Shown: in pieces, positions 55,564-64,000 of the stretch
How positions within the stretch are numbered: position 1 is the first letter of the stretch
How the letters are laid out: the number at the start of each line of letters is the position of its first letter
Assembly: GCA_965223905.1 (NCBI GenBank)
Contig: CBDCXV010000011.1
Span: 1,920,001-1,984,000 of the forward strand
DNA length: 64,000 nt
Reading direction: 5' to 3'
Source of the DNA: Candidatus Latescibacterota bacterium
GTDB taxonomy: Bacteria; Latescibacterota; UBA2968; UBA8231
The notes under the pieces: generated by a model
Databases searched by the model: none
Told to the model about the DNA's origin: nothing
What the model saw: only the letters and a program-made list of their open reading frames with translations
Made by a program: the position numbers and the translations under genes

Positions 55564-57009
55564 ATGCGGGTAACGCTGCGCCGAACCAGCTGGTTTGTGG
55601 CACTGCTGATCGTGGTGATCGCTGCGTCGTGGGCGTTCGACCTGTTCGTCGGTCCGCCGGTTCCCGAGCCGACCGATCTCGATCAGATGGACCCCATCGT
55701 CGCCGAAGCCGTCCGAGACGCGCTCGAATCCGCTCGCCGACAGAGAGGCAATGAGAGCCGCCGAATGACACTTGGCATGGTGTACGAAGCAAACGGGATG
55801 CTTGGCCTCGCCATGGCATGCTATGACGAGGTGGCAGAGACCCGACCGCAGGATGCTCAGGTTCAGTATCGCATCGCTCAGGTAGAGGAACGCGGTGGAG
55901 ACCTCAGGGTAGCAATTGAGTCGGCACAGCGGGCCGTCGAACTCGATCCCTCCTACGAGCCGGCCCGCGCTCAGCTCGGTCTCTGGCTGCTCGATGACGG
56001 AAGAATGGATGAAGCTGCGGCACATTTCTGCGAGGTTGTCGAACGTGAACCTAATAATGAGGCGGCGCTCTTCGGAATGGTGCTTCATGCGATCCGCGCG
56101 CGCGAGCCCGAGCGGGCCTCGAAGCTGCTACTCGAGCATGATCTTCTCAACGGTTCGAATTCGGGCTACGCGAAACACCTCGACTTGATCATCCGCCGAC
56201 AACTGGGAGAGCAAGTGAGCGTTACCGAGGCAGGGTCGAGAAGCGAGCAGGTTCGACCGCAGTGGCGCGACCCATGGAATGATGCGGTCAAGGCGCATCA
56301 GACGGGTGTGAGGTTGCTCCGGAGGGCAGCCCGCAGCCACATGAGTCGAGGACAGTATGCACACGCGGCGAATCTGCTCGAGCGTGCTCGCCGCGCGGAA
56401 CCCGAGAACACGCGGATTCTGATTACGCTGGCAACCTGTTACCGCAATCAGGGGCGGATCAAGGAGTCCATCGCCGTTCTCGACGAAGCGTTTCGGCTCG
56501 ATCCGGATGACTACTGGACGAATCTGAATCGCGCCGACATGCTACTCGCTGAGCGTCACGCGGACGCAGATGCCCTGCGTTTCGCCTACGAGCATGCCCG
56601 GGCTGCAACACGGGCCCGACCGGAATCTGGCGATGCGTGGGTGCTCATCGGACGAGCCTGTCAGGCCCTGCGCCGATTCGACGAGGCAATCGATGCGTTC
56701 CTGCACGCGTATGAAGTGGACAGTCGAGACTCCTCGGTTCTCACTCAGGCTGGGTTTCTGCTCTACCAACAGGGGCGCAGGGATGAGGCGGAACAGCTCT
56801 TCCATCGGGTGTGCGAGCTGGATCAGCAAGCCGGATCGCCGCGCATCGGATTGGCGATGATTGCGATTGATCGAAAGCATGTGAATGAAGCCAGCGCGCT
56901 ATTGGAAGAAACGCTCCATCTGCGGCATGATCATGCCAAACTCTGGGAGCATGCCGTCGAGCGACTCCATGGATTGCGTATCAAGATGACCGGGAACGAG
57001 AATGATTGA
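55564..57009 (+). CDS. Tetratricopeptide-repeat protein with N-terminal membrane anchor
   Basis: N-terminal hydrophobic helix and multiple TPRs; overlaps the next gene. Confidence 0.85.
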   Translation: MRVTLRRTSWFVALLIVVIAASWAFDLFVGPPVPEPTDLDQMDPIVAEAVRDALESARRQRGNESRRMTLGMVYEANGMLGLAMACYDEVAETRPQDAQVQYRIAQVEERGGDLRVAIESAQRAVELDPSYEPARAQLGLWLLDDGRMDEAAAHFCEVVEREPNNEAALFGMVLHAIRAREPERASKLLLEHDLLNGSNSGYAKHLDLIIRRQLGEQVSVTEAGSRSEQVRPQWRDPWNDAVKAHQTGVRLLRRAARSHMSRGQYAHAANLLERARRAEPENTRILITLATCYRNQGRIKESIAVLDEAFRLDPDDYWTNLNRADMLLAERHADADALRFAYEHARAATRARPESGDAWVLIGRACQALRRFDEAIDAFLHAYEVDSRDSSVLTQAGFLLYQQGRRDEAEQLFHRVCELDQQAGSPRIGLAMIAIDRKHVNEASALLEETLHLRHDHAKLWEHAVERLHGLRIKMTGNEND

Positions 57010-58705
57010 TTGGCGCGAAATACAGGCGCGGCGCGCCCTCCGATACGTATTCGTGCTGCCGCTCCTTTGCGCAGGATGTGACGGCTCGACCGAAGCGCCC
57101 GCTGCGGAGGAACCCGTGGAAGCCGTCGGGGATGCGTGGTTCAGTGACGTTGCCGAGCAGCGGGGGATTTCATTTACGCATGTAAGCGGCGCCTCCGATG
57201 CAATGTATTTTCCCGAGATCATGGGAGGCGGGGCGGCGGTTTTCGATCTGGAGAACGATGGAGATCTCGACGTCTATCTCGTGCAGAGCGGTCGGATTGC
57301 GGGCGACGATCCGGATCAGCCGGGCAATCGATTGTTTCGAAATGACGCCGCCGGCGTGTTTGAGGACGTGACGGAAGGCAGCGGAGCCGACGATCGTGGA
57401 TATGGAATGGGGGTGACGACCGGTGACTTCGACCATGACGGTCTTACCGATCTGTATGTCACGAATGTTGGGCCGAACGCTCTCCTGCGCAACCGAGGCG
57501 GCGTTACCTTTGAGGATGTCAGCCGCCACGCGAATGTTGCTCACAACGGGTGGGGGACGAGTTGCGCCTTCGTCGATACCGATCACGATGGCGATCTCGA
57601 TCTCTACGTTGCGAACTACATCATCTGGTCGCCCGATGATGAACTGCAGTGCAGGGACAGCGGCATGCCGGATTACTGCAGTCCGAACAGTTATCAGGCT
57701 CCTGCGGCCGATGTGCTGTACGAGAATCAGGGTGATGGGCGATTCCTTGATATCTCCGCGAAAGCGGGGATGCGCACGGCTTTCGGGAATGGCCTCGGCG
57801 TGGTCTGTGATGATTACGACAATGACGGATTCATCGACATCTTCGTCGCCAATGATCAACTGCCCAACCAACTCTGGCGTAACAACGGTGATGGCACGTT
57901 CAGGGACGTTGCAGTGGAATCCGGTGCTGCGATCGACGCCAGCGGGGAGGCCAAAGCGGGCATGGGCGTCACCGCGGCGGACATTGATGATGACGGCGAT
58001 TCTGACTTGCTCGTCGTGAATCTCGAGACCCAGTCTGATTCCTTCTATCGCAACGAAGGTGCGTATTTCATGGACGACACCCCACAGGTCGGTCTCGGCG
58101 CGATCACACGCAAGCCGACTCGATTCGGCGTCGGTCTGTATGACTTCAACAACGATGGCTGGTTGGATCTCTTCGAAGCGAACGGTCGCGTCACCCGACC
58201 GAAGACGGAGCAAGCAGAGCACGCTGATCCCTATGCCGAAGCTGACCTGCTTCTTGCGGGCGGGCCGTCCGGTCGATTCGAGCAATTCGGTCCACCGGGC
58301 GGGACGGTCGCGTCCCTGATCGCAACCAGTCGGGCGGCGGCCTTTGGCGACCTGGAGAACGACGGCGGCGTAGATATCGTGATCGTCAATCGCGATCACC
58401 GGCTCTGGGTGCTCCACAACATTGCGCCGCGGGAACACTGGATCATGTTCCGTGTGGAAAATGTCGATGGAGGAATTGCCCACGATGCCCGCGTGACGGT
58501 GACCCTCGGCGATCGCATGGTGACGAGGTCGGTGCGAGTTGCATCCAGTTACTGTGCCGCGAATGATCCTCGTGTGCACTTCGGATTGGGCAGTCAGGAC
58601 GAGGTTCGCGAGGTTCGCGTAACGTGGCAAGACGGCCATCAGGAATCCTCAGGCCCGTTCCGGGCTGATCAGATCGTCAGCCTGCGTCGAACCGCCCACA
58701 GGTGA
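57002..58705 (+). CDS. CRTAC1-family FG-GAP/ASPIC-UnbV lipoprotein
   Basis: CAGC lipobox; D.(D/E).DG..D repeats; SYCAAND.RVHFGLG...TW. Confidence 0.9.
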   Translation: MIDWREIQARRALRYVFVLPLLCAGCDGSTEAPAAEEPVEAVGDAWFSDVAEQRGISFTHVSGASDAMYFPEIMGGGAAVFDLENDGDLDVYLVQSGRIAGDDPDQPGNRLFRNDAAGVFEDVTEGSGADDRGYGMGVTTGDFDHDGLTDLYVTNVGPNALLRNRGGVTFEDVSRHANVAHNGWGTSCAFVDTDHDGDLDLYVANYIIWSPDDELQCRDSGMPDYCSPNSYQAPAADVLYENQGDGRFLDISAKAGMRTAFGNGLGVVCDDYDNDGFIDIFVANDQLPNQLWRNNGDGTFRDVAVESGAAIDASGEAKAGMGVTAADIDDDGDSDLLVVNLETQSDSFYRNEGAYFMDDTPQVGLGAITRKPTRFGVGLYDFNNDGWLDLFEANGRVTRPKTEQAEHADPYAEADLLLAGGPSGRFEQFGPPGGTVASLIATSRAAAFGDLENDGGVDIVIVNRDHRLWVLHNIAPREHWIMFRVENVDGGIAHDARVTVTLGDRMVTRSVRVASSYCAANDPRVHFGLGSQDEVREVRVTWQDGHQESSGPFRADQIVSLRRTAHR

Positions 58706-58837
58706 TTCGTGAAGTTTCGCCGAATAGCTACCCGTCAGTTGGCTCGCCCGCGCGCGCTCTAACCGAGCCGCTACCCTGAAGAGCATCGCATCGCGGAACA
58801 TTCGACGATCCCTGTCCGATCCACCCCTCGGCCGGAC

Positions 58838-59902
58838 TCAGGCGAGGGCCTCCCGGAGGAAGTCGTAGGCGCGGGCGCCGCTGATCTGGTGCCGCCCCGA
58901 GAAGATATCCGCCTTCACCTGTCCGCCGGCACCAAAAACCCCGTACACACTGCGCGCCTTGGCCAGGCCTGAGCGCACTGCGGAAACCGGGAAGATCGGG
59001 TCGTGGGTGCCGGCTTCCACCAGCATCGGCCGCGGGGCGATGAGGCCGGCCAGATCGTGCATCTCGCCGAACTCCGACAAGCCCGGCACGTAGTTGCAGG
59101 GACAGTGCGCCATGGCGAAGAGGCTGTCCCGGAAGGTCGAGAAATAGCCGCTGACCACGCAGGCGCGGATGCGCTCGTCGATGCAGGTGGAGAAGAAGGT
59201 GTGCATGCCGCCCCCGGAAATACCCATGGCTCCGAGGCGGTTGGTGTCGAACTCGGGGTGGGTCTCGAGGTAGTCGACGAGGCGCAGGCCGTCGCGCACG
59301 CGGATGCCGACCACCGAGGTTCCGAGGTGGAAGGCGAGCATGGCCATGTGGGCGCAGGTCGAAGGCGTCCCCTGCCCGAGGTCGAGGTGGGAGAAATCGG
59401 TAAGGCGCTCGCCGAAGCCGGAGATCTCGGGGGCGGCCACGGCAAAGCCGGCGCGGCACAGGGCGACGCCGAAATCCTTGTGGTACCCGTCGGGGACGTC
59501 CCGCTCGCCGCCGTCCTCCCACAGGCCGACGATATCCTTCACTCCGTACCCGTGGCCGTGGAAGGCCACCACCGAGGGCAGGGGTCCCTCGGCGCCTTTG
59601 GGCAGCAGGATGTACACCGGCATCTGCGCGTGGGGACCGGTGCGCAGGAGGATCTTCTCGCGCAGGTAATCCCCCTTGTCCACCACCTCGATCCTGCGGG
59701 GCGCCGGGGGCGTGGCGTCGCCTGCCTCCAGGCGGAGAAGCCCGGCGAGGGCCCGGCGCGTCGTCTTCTGCCAGCGCCGCGCCACGGCGGGAGTTTCCGC
59801 CTTGAAGGCGCGGGGGGCTGCCGCCGGGTCGTACTGCTTCCACAGCGACGTCGCCGGTTGCAGCGGTTTCATGGTGCGGATGTCGAGTACCCTGGAAGCC
59901 AT
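58838..59902 (-). CDS. Alpha/beta hydrolase (dienelactone hydrolase/Abhydrolase_7-like)
   Basis: HGHG, nucleophile elbow GISGGG, IAPRP, D.IFP and distal H. Confidence 0.85.
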   Translation of the reverse strand: MASRVLDIRTMKPLQPATSLWKQYDPAAAPRAFKAETPAVARRWQKTTRRALAGLLRLEAGDATPPAPRRIEVVDKGDYLREKILLRTGPHAQMPVYILLPKGAEGPLPSVVAFHGHGYGVKDIVGLWEDGGERDVPDGYHKDFGVALCRAGFAVAAPEISGFGERLTDFSHLDLGQGTPSTCAHMAMLAFHLGTSVVGIRVRDGLRLVDYLETHPEFDTNRLGAMGISGGGMHTFFSTCIDERIRACVVSGYFSTFRDSLFAMAHCPCNYVPGLSEFGEMHDLAGLIAPRPMLVEAGTHDPIFPVSAVRSGLAKARSVYGVFGAGGQVKADIFSGRHQISGARAYDFLREALA

Positions 59903-59972
59903 GCTGTTCCTCCTCGAGGGCGGCCGGGGCCGCCGGTTTTTTGCAAACAGTGAAAGCCTGCGCGCCCGTGGC

Positions 59973-61034
59973 CTACATCCGGATCCAGTCCGCCAGCTTC
60001 TCGTGCTGGAATATCATGGTCTCCTGGATGCTCGAAACCCGTCCCGCCCCCGCTTCCCTGGCGCGTTGGTACATCGCGTGGGCGATCGCCACGTCGACGT
60101 AGGCGAGGCCGACGGCGTTGAAGTAGGCCCGCTCCTCAGGCGTCTCCCTTCCGCTCTTCTCGCCGGCGATGACCTCGACCAGGTTGGCGTGGACATCCTC
60201 GTCCCGAAGCTCGCCGTCCTTGTACATGCGGCTGAGGGTCTGCGTCCGGTGCTTCACGGTTTCCCAGTCGTCGCAGACGATCTTGTCGCACTGCTTCGCC
60301 ACCCCGTACTCGTCCTCCCAGCCGCCGATATGGCTGTAGAAGCTGCCCGGCTTCATCCACGCCGCCTTGAGAAGAGGGGCCTGGGCGCTGGTGGCGGTAA
60401 CGAGGATGTCCGCCCCTTCCATGGCCTGCTCCGCCTTCGTTCCCGCGGCGGCGAAGCGCATGTCTCCGAACAGGGGCTGCATCTCCTCGATGAACTGCTG
60501 CTCCTCGGCGGCCAACTTGGCTGAAACCCGGCACTCCTCGATCCCGGGAACGACCGTTTTCATGCCGATCAGGTGCATCTTGGCCTGCTCGCCCGCCCCG
60601 ATGAAGGCGATGCTCCCGGAGTCGGGCCGCGCCAGATGCCTAGCGGCAAGGGCTCCCATCGCCCCGACGCGGACGTTGGAGCACAGGGTTCCATCCATGA
60701 AGGCGATGGGGAAGCCGCGCTCGATCTCCGACAGGACGATCACCGCCGACAGGTTCTGCATGCCGTACTTCTCGGGATTGCGGGGAAACACCGACACCCA
60801 CTTGACCCCGCATACCTTTTCCGGCAGCAGGGTTGCCGGCAGGCAGTTGATCCGCTCCTGGGTATCGTCGTCGAAGATCTGCACCACCTTGTCCGGGAAG
60901 AGGATCTCGTCCCTCCGGAAAGCGAGCATGGCGTTTTCCGCGGCGCTAATGGCCAGCCGCATATCGAAGCAGCCGGCTTCAAGGAGGTCCTCCTGCGAGA
61001 GGAAGAGGCACTCGATGCGGTTCCTGTCGGTCAT
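59973..61034 (-). CDS. Ornithine cyclodeaminase/mu-crystallin family protein
   Basis: GVKW, R.GA...LAA.HL, IGAGEQA, VTATSA and G.A..DVA motifs. ATG 61034. Confidence 0.9.
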   Translation of the reverse strand: MTDRNRIECLFLSQEDLLEAGCFDMRLAISAAENAMLAFRRDEILFPDKVVQIFDDDTQERINCLPATLLPEKVCGVKWVSVFPRNPEKYGMQNLSAVIVLSEIERGFPIAFMDGTLCSNVRVGAMGALAARHLARPDSGSIAFIGAGEQAKMHLIGMKTVVPGIEECRVSAKLAAEEQQFIEEMQPLFGDMRFAAAGTKAEQAMEGADILVTATSAQAPLLKAAWMKPGSFYSHIGGWEDEYGVAKQCDKIVCDDWETVKHRTQTLSRMYKDGELRDEDVHANLVEVIAGEKSGRETPEERAYFNAVGLAYVDVAIAHAMYQRAREAGAGRVSSIQETMIFQHEKLADWIRM

Positions 61035-61168
61035 GGTTTCGCCTTTCTCAGCTGTTCGCTCGGCCCGGGATGGAACCTGATATCGGCCGCATCCATCCGG
61101 TAGTGCGGCCACACTTCATCGTTCCCCGCTTGATGGCTCCGGCCTGCCTGACGCTGGCTGCAAGTTTT

Positions 61169-61933
61169 TCAAAGTCGCGCTTTTTCATGCGGGATACTCC
61201 TTTTTTCGACAATAAAATACCCACGTCTCCCCAGCTCGTAGGGATCGTCGTCCAGAGACGAAAAAGCCCCGCACACCTCGAAACCCACTTCGGAAAAAAG
61301 AGAGGTCAACTCACGATATCCGTAGACCCGCATCGAGGTGGTCTTCGTTTCTGAAACACCGTCTGCAACCAGGGTCCACTCACAGTCGATCCGGCTTTCC
61401 ACGTGCCTGTACGTCCTTTCCTCCAGGACCAGCGTTTCGCCCACCTTGCTCCAACTGCGCGGCTGCAGCTTCGGGAGTATTGTTTCCGCGATGTTGGCCA
61501 AATCGAGGGCAAACCTCGAACCATGCTTGAGGGCTCGATGCACAGCCTCCAGAAACCCTTTGTTACCCTCGTCGTCAAAGTACCCGAAGCTCCCCCAGAA
61601 ACAGAACGCCGCGTCGAACCTCTCGGTCCAGGGCAGGTCCCTCATGTCCGTCTCGACAAGCTCGAGGTCCAGGTTCGCTTCCTGCGAAACGGATTGCGCT
61701 TCCTGAAGAAGGGTTGCCGTTATATCGACACCGGTGACGCGGCAACCCCGCTCAGCCAGCGGAATCGCCAACCTGCCATTGCCGCACGGAGCGTCAAGGA
61801 CCCGGCATCCCGCGGTCAAATCCAGGTTTCGCTGCAGGAATTCCACCTCCTTCGCAGTGCGGCCCGAACGCACGTTTCTTTGCACGTCGAGCCAATTCCC
61901 CGAGAAAAAGCTCCTCCACCAGTCAGTTTCCAT
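61169..61933 (-). CDS. Class I SAM-dependent methyltransferase
   Basis: VLDAPCGNGR, DMRDLP and SFGYF motifs. Confidence 0.9.
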   Translation of the reverse strand: METDWWRSFFSGNWLDVQRNVRSGRTAKEVEFLQRNLDLTAGCRVLDAPCGNGRLAIPLAERGCRVTGVDITATLLQEAQSVSQEANLDLELVETDMRDLPWTERFDAAFCFWGSFGYFDDEGNKGFLEAVHRALKHGSRFALDLANIAETILPKLQPRSWSKVGETLVLEERTYRHVESRIDCEWTLVADGVSETKTTSMRVYGYRELTSLFSEVGFEVCGAFSSLDDDPYELGRRGYFIVEKRSIPHEKARL

Positions 61934-62137
61934 ATCGGGCTTCCAGTTCAGGATTACCCAAAATCCGGTTATTCATCCTCTCTGGTACGCGCCGGCGATG
62001 GTGGTTCCCGGAGATGATGGATTGGCAAACCTCGCCGGTAGGGAAAGGACCGCATATCCCAGGCGACATCGGCACAGCTGGCCGTACTTCTTCCCGACAT
62101 TCGTCACGTTGGCGAGGCCCTTTTCCATTGCAAGGAG

Positions 62138-64000
62138 TCACCCCCTGAGCGCACGGGCAAGGTGCCGGTCGTGAAAGCTCCTGAGGCTCCCCGCGGCTTC
62201 CGGAAACCGCGCCACCGCGGCCTCGAGCCCGCGGCGGGCGCGTTCGTATTCCCGCAGCTCGAAGCAGAAGGAGATGTACTCCGTGAACGCCTGGAGTATG
62301 GAATCGCCGGTCCGGAGGGCGCGCTCGTACGCATGCAGCGCCTCCCCGGTGCGGCCGCCGGCGCGGTACACGTGGGCGAGGTTGATCCAGACGCCGAAGC
62401 GATGGGGTTGATGGTCCCTGACCATCTCGAAGGTCTCGACAGCCCGGTGGGGCTGACCGGTCATGGCGTACATGGAACCGAGGTTGATCCAGGCCTGCCA
62501 GAACTCCGGGTCGATGGCCACCGAACGTTTGAACGACGCCATCGCCCCATCGATATCCCGCTTCTTCACCTGGGCGTTGCCGATGTTGTAATGGATGAGG
62601 GCGTCTCCGTCGAGGTCCATCGGAGCCAGGCGATGGTTGAGGGCTCCTGCCAGCAGAACGACCGCTGCCAGGGTGGCGATTGCAACAGGAGAACGCTTCC
62701 CCACGCCCCGAAACAGGGTGCCGAGCTGCATCACCCCGTACACGGCAAACAGCGCCAGCAGCGGGCATAGGGGAATCCGGTAGCGGGCCGTCGGAAAAAA
62801 GGCGATCACCGCGGCCGCGTACAGGCCGACGAACAGAACGGCGATGAGCCCTTCGGGGGGAACCCGCGGCAAGGTAAACACCGGTACCGGGGCGGGAAGC
62901 AGGCGCGGCGCCCGGCAGCGCACCAGGTAGAGGGCCATTCCCGCAAGCGCCAGCGGGGCGATAAGGCCGAACGGGAAGGCGAGGTACTCCGTCTTCCACA
63001 GTAACGCCGACAGCAGATGCGAGTAGTTGCGCCAGAAGTAGACCGCCTGGTTGCGGCCGATCTCGTCGCCGTGCCAGAAAGCATAGGTCTTCTCCGCCAG
63101 CAACCCGGCCCAGGCCAGCGGTTCGGAGGCGATGAACTCCCCGGCCTGCCTGTAGAAATACCGGGACTTCTCCGAGGGCCTGTCGATGCCGGCATGCTGC
63201 GGCATGTCGACGAGGTCGTCCCACTCCCACCCCGGCCGCGCTCCAAGGGTCTTCCCGGTGTCGCCGTTGTTGCCGGCGTAGAAGTTGATGCCCCCGTTGT
63301 AGGAGATGAGCACGGCGTCGTTGCCGACGGCGTAGTTGCGCAGGCTCACCGGGGCAATCGGCAGGGCCACGCCGAGCAGAAAGAGAAGCCCGGCCGCGGC
63401 CCCACGCCGCATGTCCCGGGCCCGCCAGCCTGAAACGGCGACCCAGGCTGCGGCCGCGGCGCAGAACGGCAGCACCGTCGGCACGGTGACCGCGGCCAGC
63501 CCGAAGCTGATTCCCGCTGCCAGGAAGCGCCAGGGCGACTGCCGATCCAGCGCCCGCAACAGCAACAGCAGGCCGAGGGTATCGAGGAAGGCAGCTGTCG
63601 TTGCCGGAAGCAGCTCGCCGGCGAAGAAGATCATCGGGCCGTACGCCGCGGTGACGACACCGGCGCCGATGCCGGCAGCTCTGCCGAACAGCCGGGTGCC
63701 GAGGTAGAAGACCAGCACGCACGTAAAAGCGTCGATCAGCGCCTGAAGGAGGCGGGCGGCGTAGAAGAACTCCGGCCCCGGGAAGAGCAGCTTGACCGCC
63801 CCGAGGGAGTAGGGAAACAGCGGCGGCTGCCAGAACGGACCGATGCCTCGGCTCAGCCAGTTCCCCGCGGCCAGCCTTTCGGCGTGCTGGTTGTAGGTGT
63901 CGGCATCGACTGCCGGGTGTTGAAACAGAGGGGAGGCGTCGAGCTCGAAGACGTAGGCCAGCCGCAGGAGCAGGGCCAGCCCCGCGATCAGGACGGGGGC
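62138..64000 (-). CDS. GT-C (ArnT/PMT-like, GT39) glycosyltransferase with C-terminal TPRs, partial (start beyond window)
   Basis: Frame open to the window end (LRLAY...VDADTY...FWQPPLFPY); many TMs; NGGINFY.GN and RYR.P motifs; TPR tail. Confidence 0.82.
   Translation of the reverse strand, partial: APVLIAGLALLLRLAYVFELDASPLFQHPAVDADTYNQHAERLAAGNWLSRGIGPFWQPPLFPYSLGAVKLLFPGPEFFYAARLLQALIDAFTCVLVFYLGTRLFGRAAGIGAGVVTAAYGPMIFFAGELLPATTAAFLDTLGLLLLLRALDRQSPWRFLAAGISFGLAAVTVPTVLPFCAAAAAWVAVSGWRARDMRRGAAAGLLFLLGVALPIAPVSLRNYAVGNDAVLISYNGGINFYAGNNGDTGKTLGARPGWEWDDLVDMPQHAGIDRPSEKSRYFYRQAGEFIASEPLAWAGLLAEKTYAFWHGDEIGRNQAVYFWRNYSHLLSALLWKTEYLAFPFGLIAPLALAGMALYLVRCRAPRLLPAPVPVFTLPRVPPEGLIAVLFVGLYAAAVIAFFPTARYRIPLCPLLALFAVYGVMQLGTLFRGVGKRSPVAIATLAAVVLLAGALNHRLAPMDLDGDALIHYNIGNAQVKKRDIDGAMASFKRSVAIDPEFWQAWINLGSMYAMTGQPHRAVETFEMVRDHQPHRFGVWINLAHVYRAGGRTGEALHAYERALRTGDSILQAFTEYISFCFELREYERARRGLEAAVARFPEAAGSLRSFHDRHLARALRG

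Noticed and set aside
32923-58705. Enediyne biosynthetic cluster suggested by UnbV domains
   Set aside because: No PKS (PksE) or thioesterase genes; ASPIC/UnbV proteins are widespread outside such clusters.

Overview
GC-rich bacterial chromosomal DNA. The protein families (C-terminal 'AVExxSWxxxK' tails, FlgD/'F(S/T)PNGDGIND' C-terminal domains, several TPR and ASPIC/UnbV proteins) suggest Ca. Latescibacterota or a related FCB/PVC lineage; this assignment is inference. Layout: (1) 1-5.7 kb: partial HTH gene, LarA-like protein and Zn-dehydrogenase, a 3'-truncated type IIG/IIL restriction-modification gene and an MNT-HEPN pair with a frameshifted HEPN. (2) 5.8-27.8 kb: a co-oriented 9-gene envelope locus, the best candidate for an undescribed system. 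It encodes a secreted CBM9-like protein with an SWG tail, three paralogous discoidin/FlgD-CTD proteins, two ~930-970 aa Asp-rich paralogues, a PpiC lipoprotein, a degenerate M28-peptidase/FtsX-permease fusion and a DUF6785-like polytopic membrane protein, with no ATPase gene. (3) 28-41 kb: a MITE, TPR, ASPIC/UnbV, two beta-helix enzymes and a PhyH dioxygenase. (4) 41-48 kb: an enolase-superfamily gene broken by a 4.57 kb IS1595 cargo transposon (80-bp TIRs, 8-bp TSD), an internal deletion and an intact ISL3. The transposon carries a group II intron 5' fragment, a tRNA-like element, IS5/ISL3 scraps and an intact paralogue of the SWG-tailed protein. (5) 48-64 kb: SGNH-TPR, TPR/ASPIC-UnbV modules, an ABC exporter, hydrolase, cyclodeaminase, methyltransferase and a GT-C/TPR protein. 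No rRNA or CRISPR array was seen. All family calls come from motif recognition by eye, not database searches.
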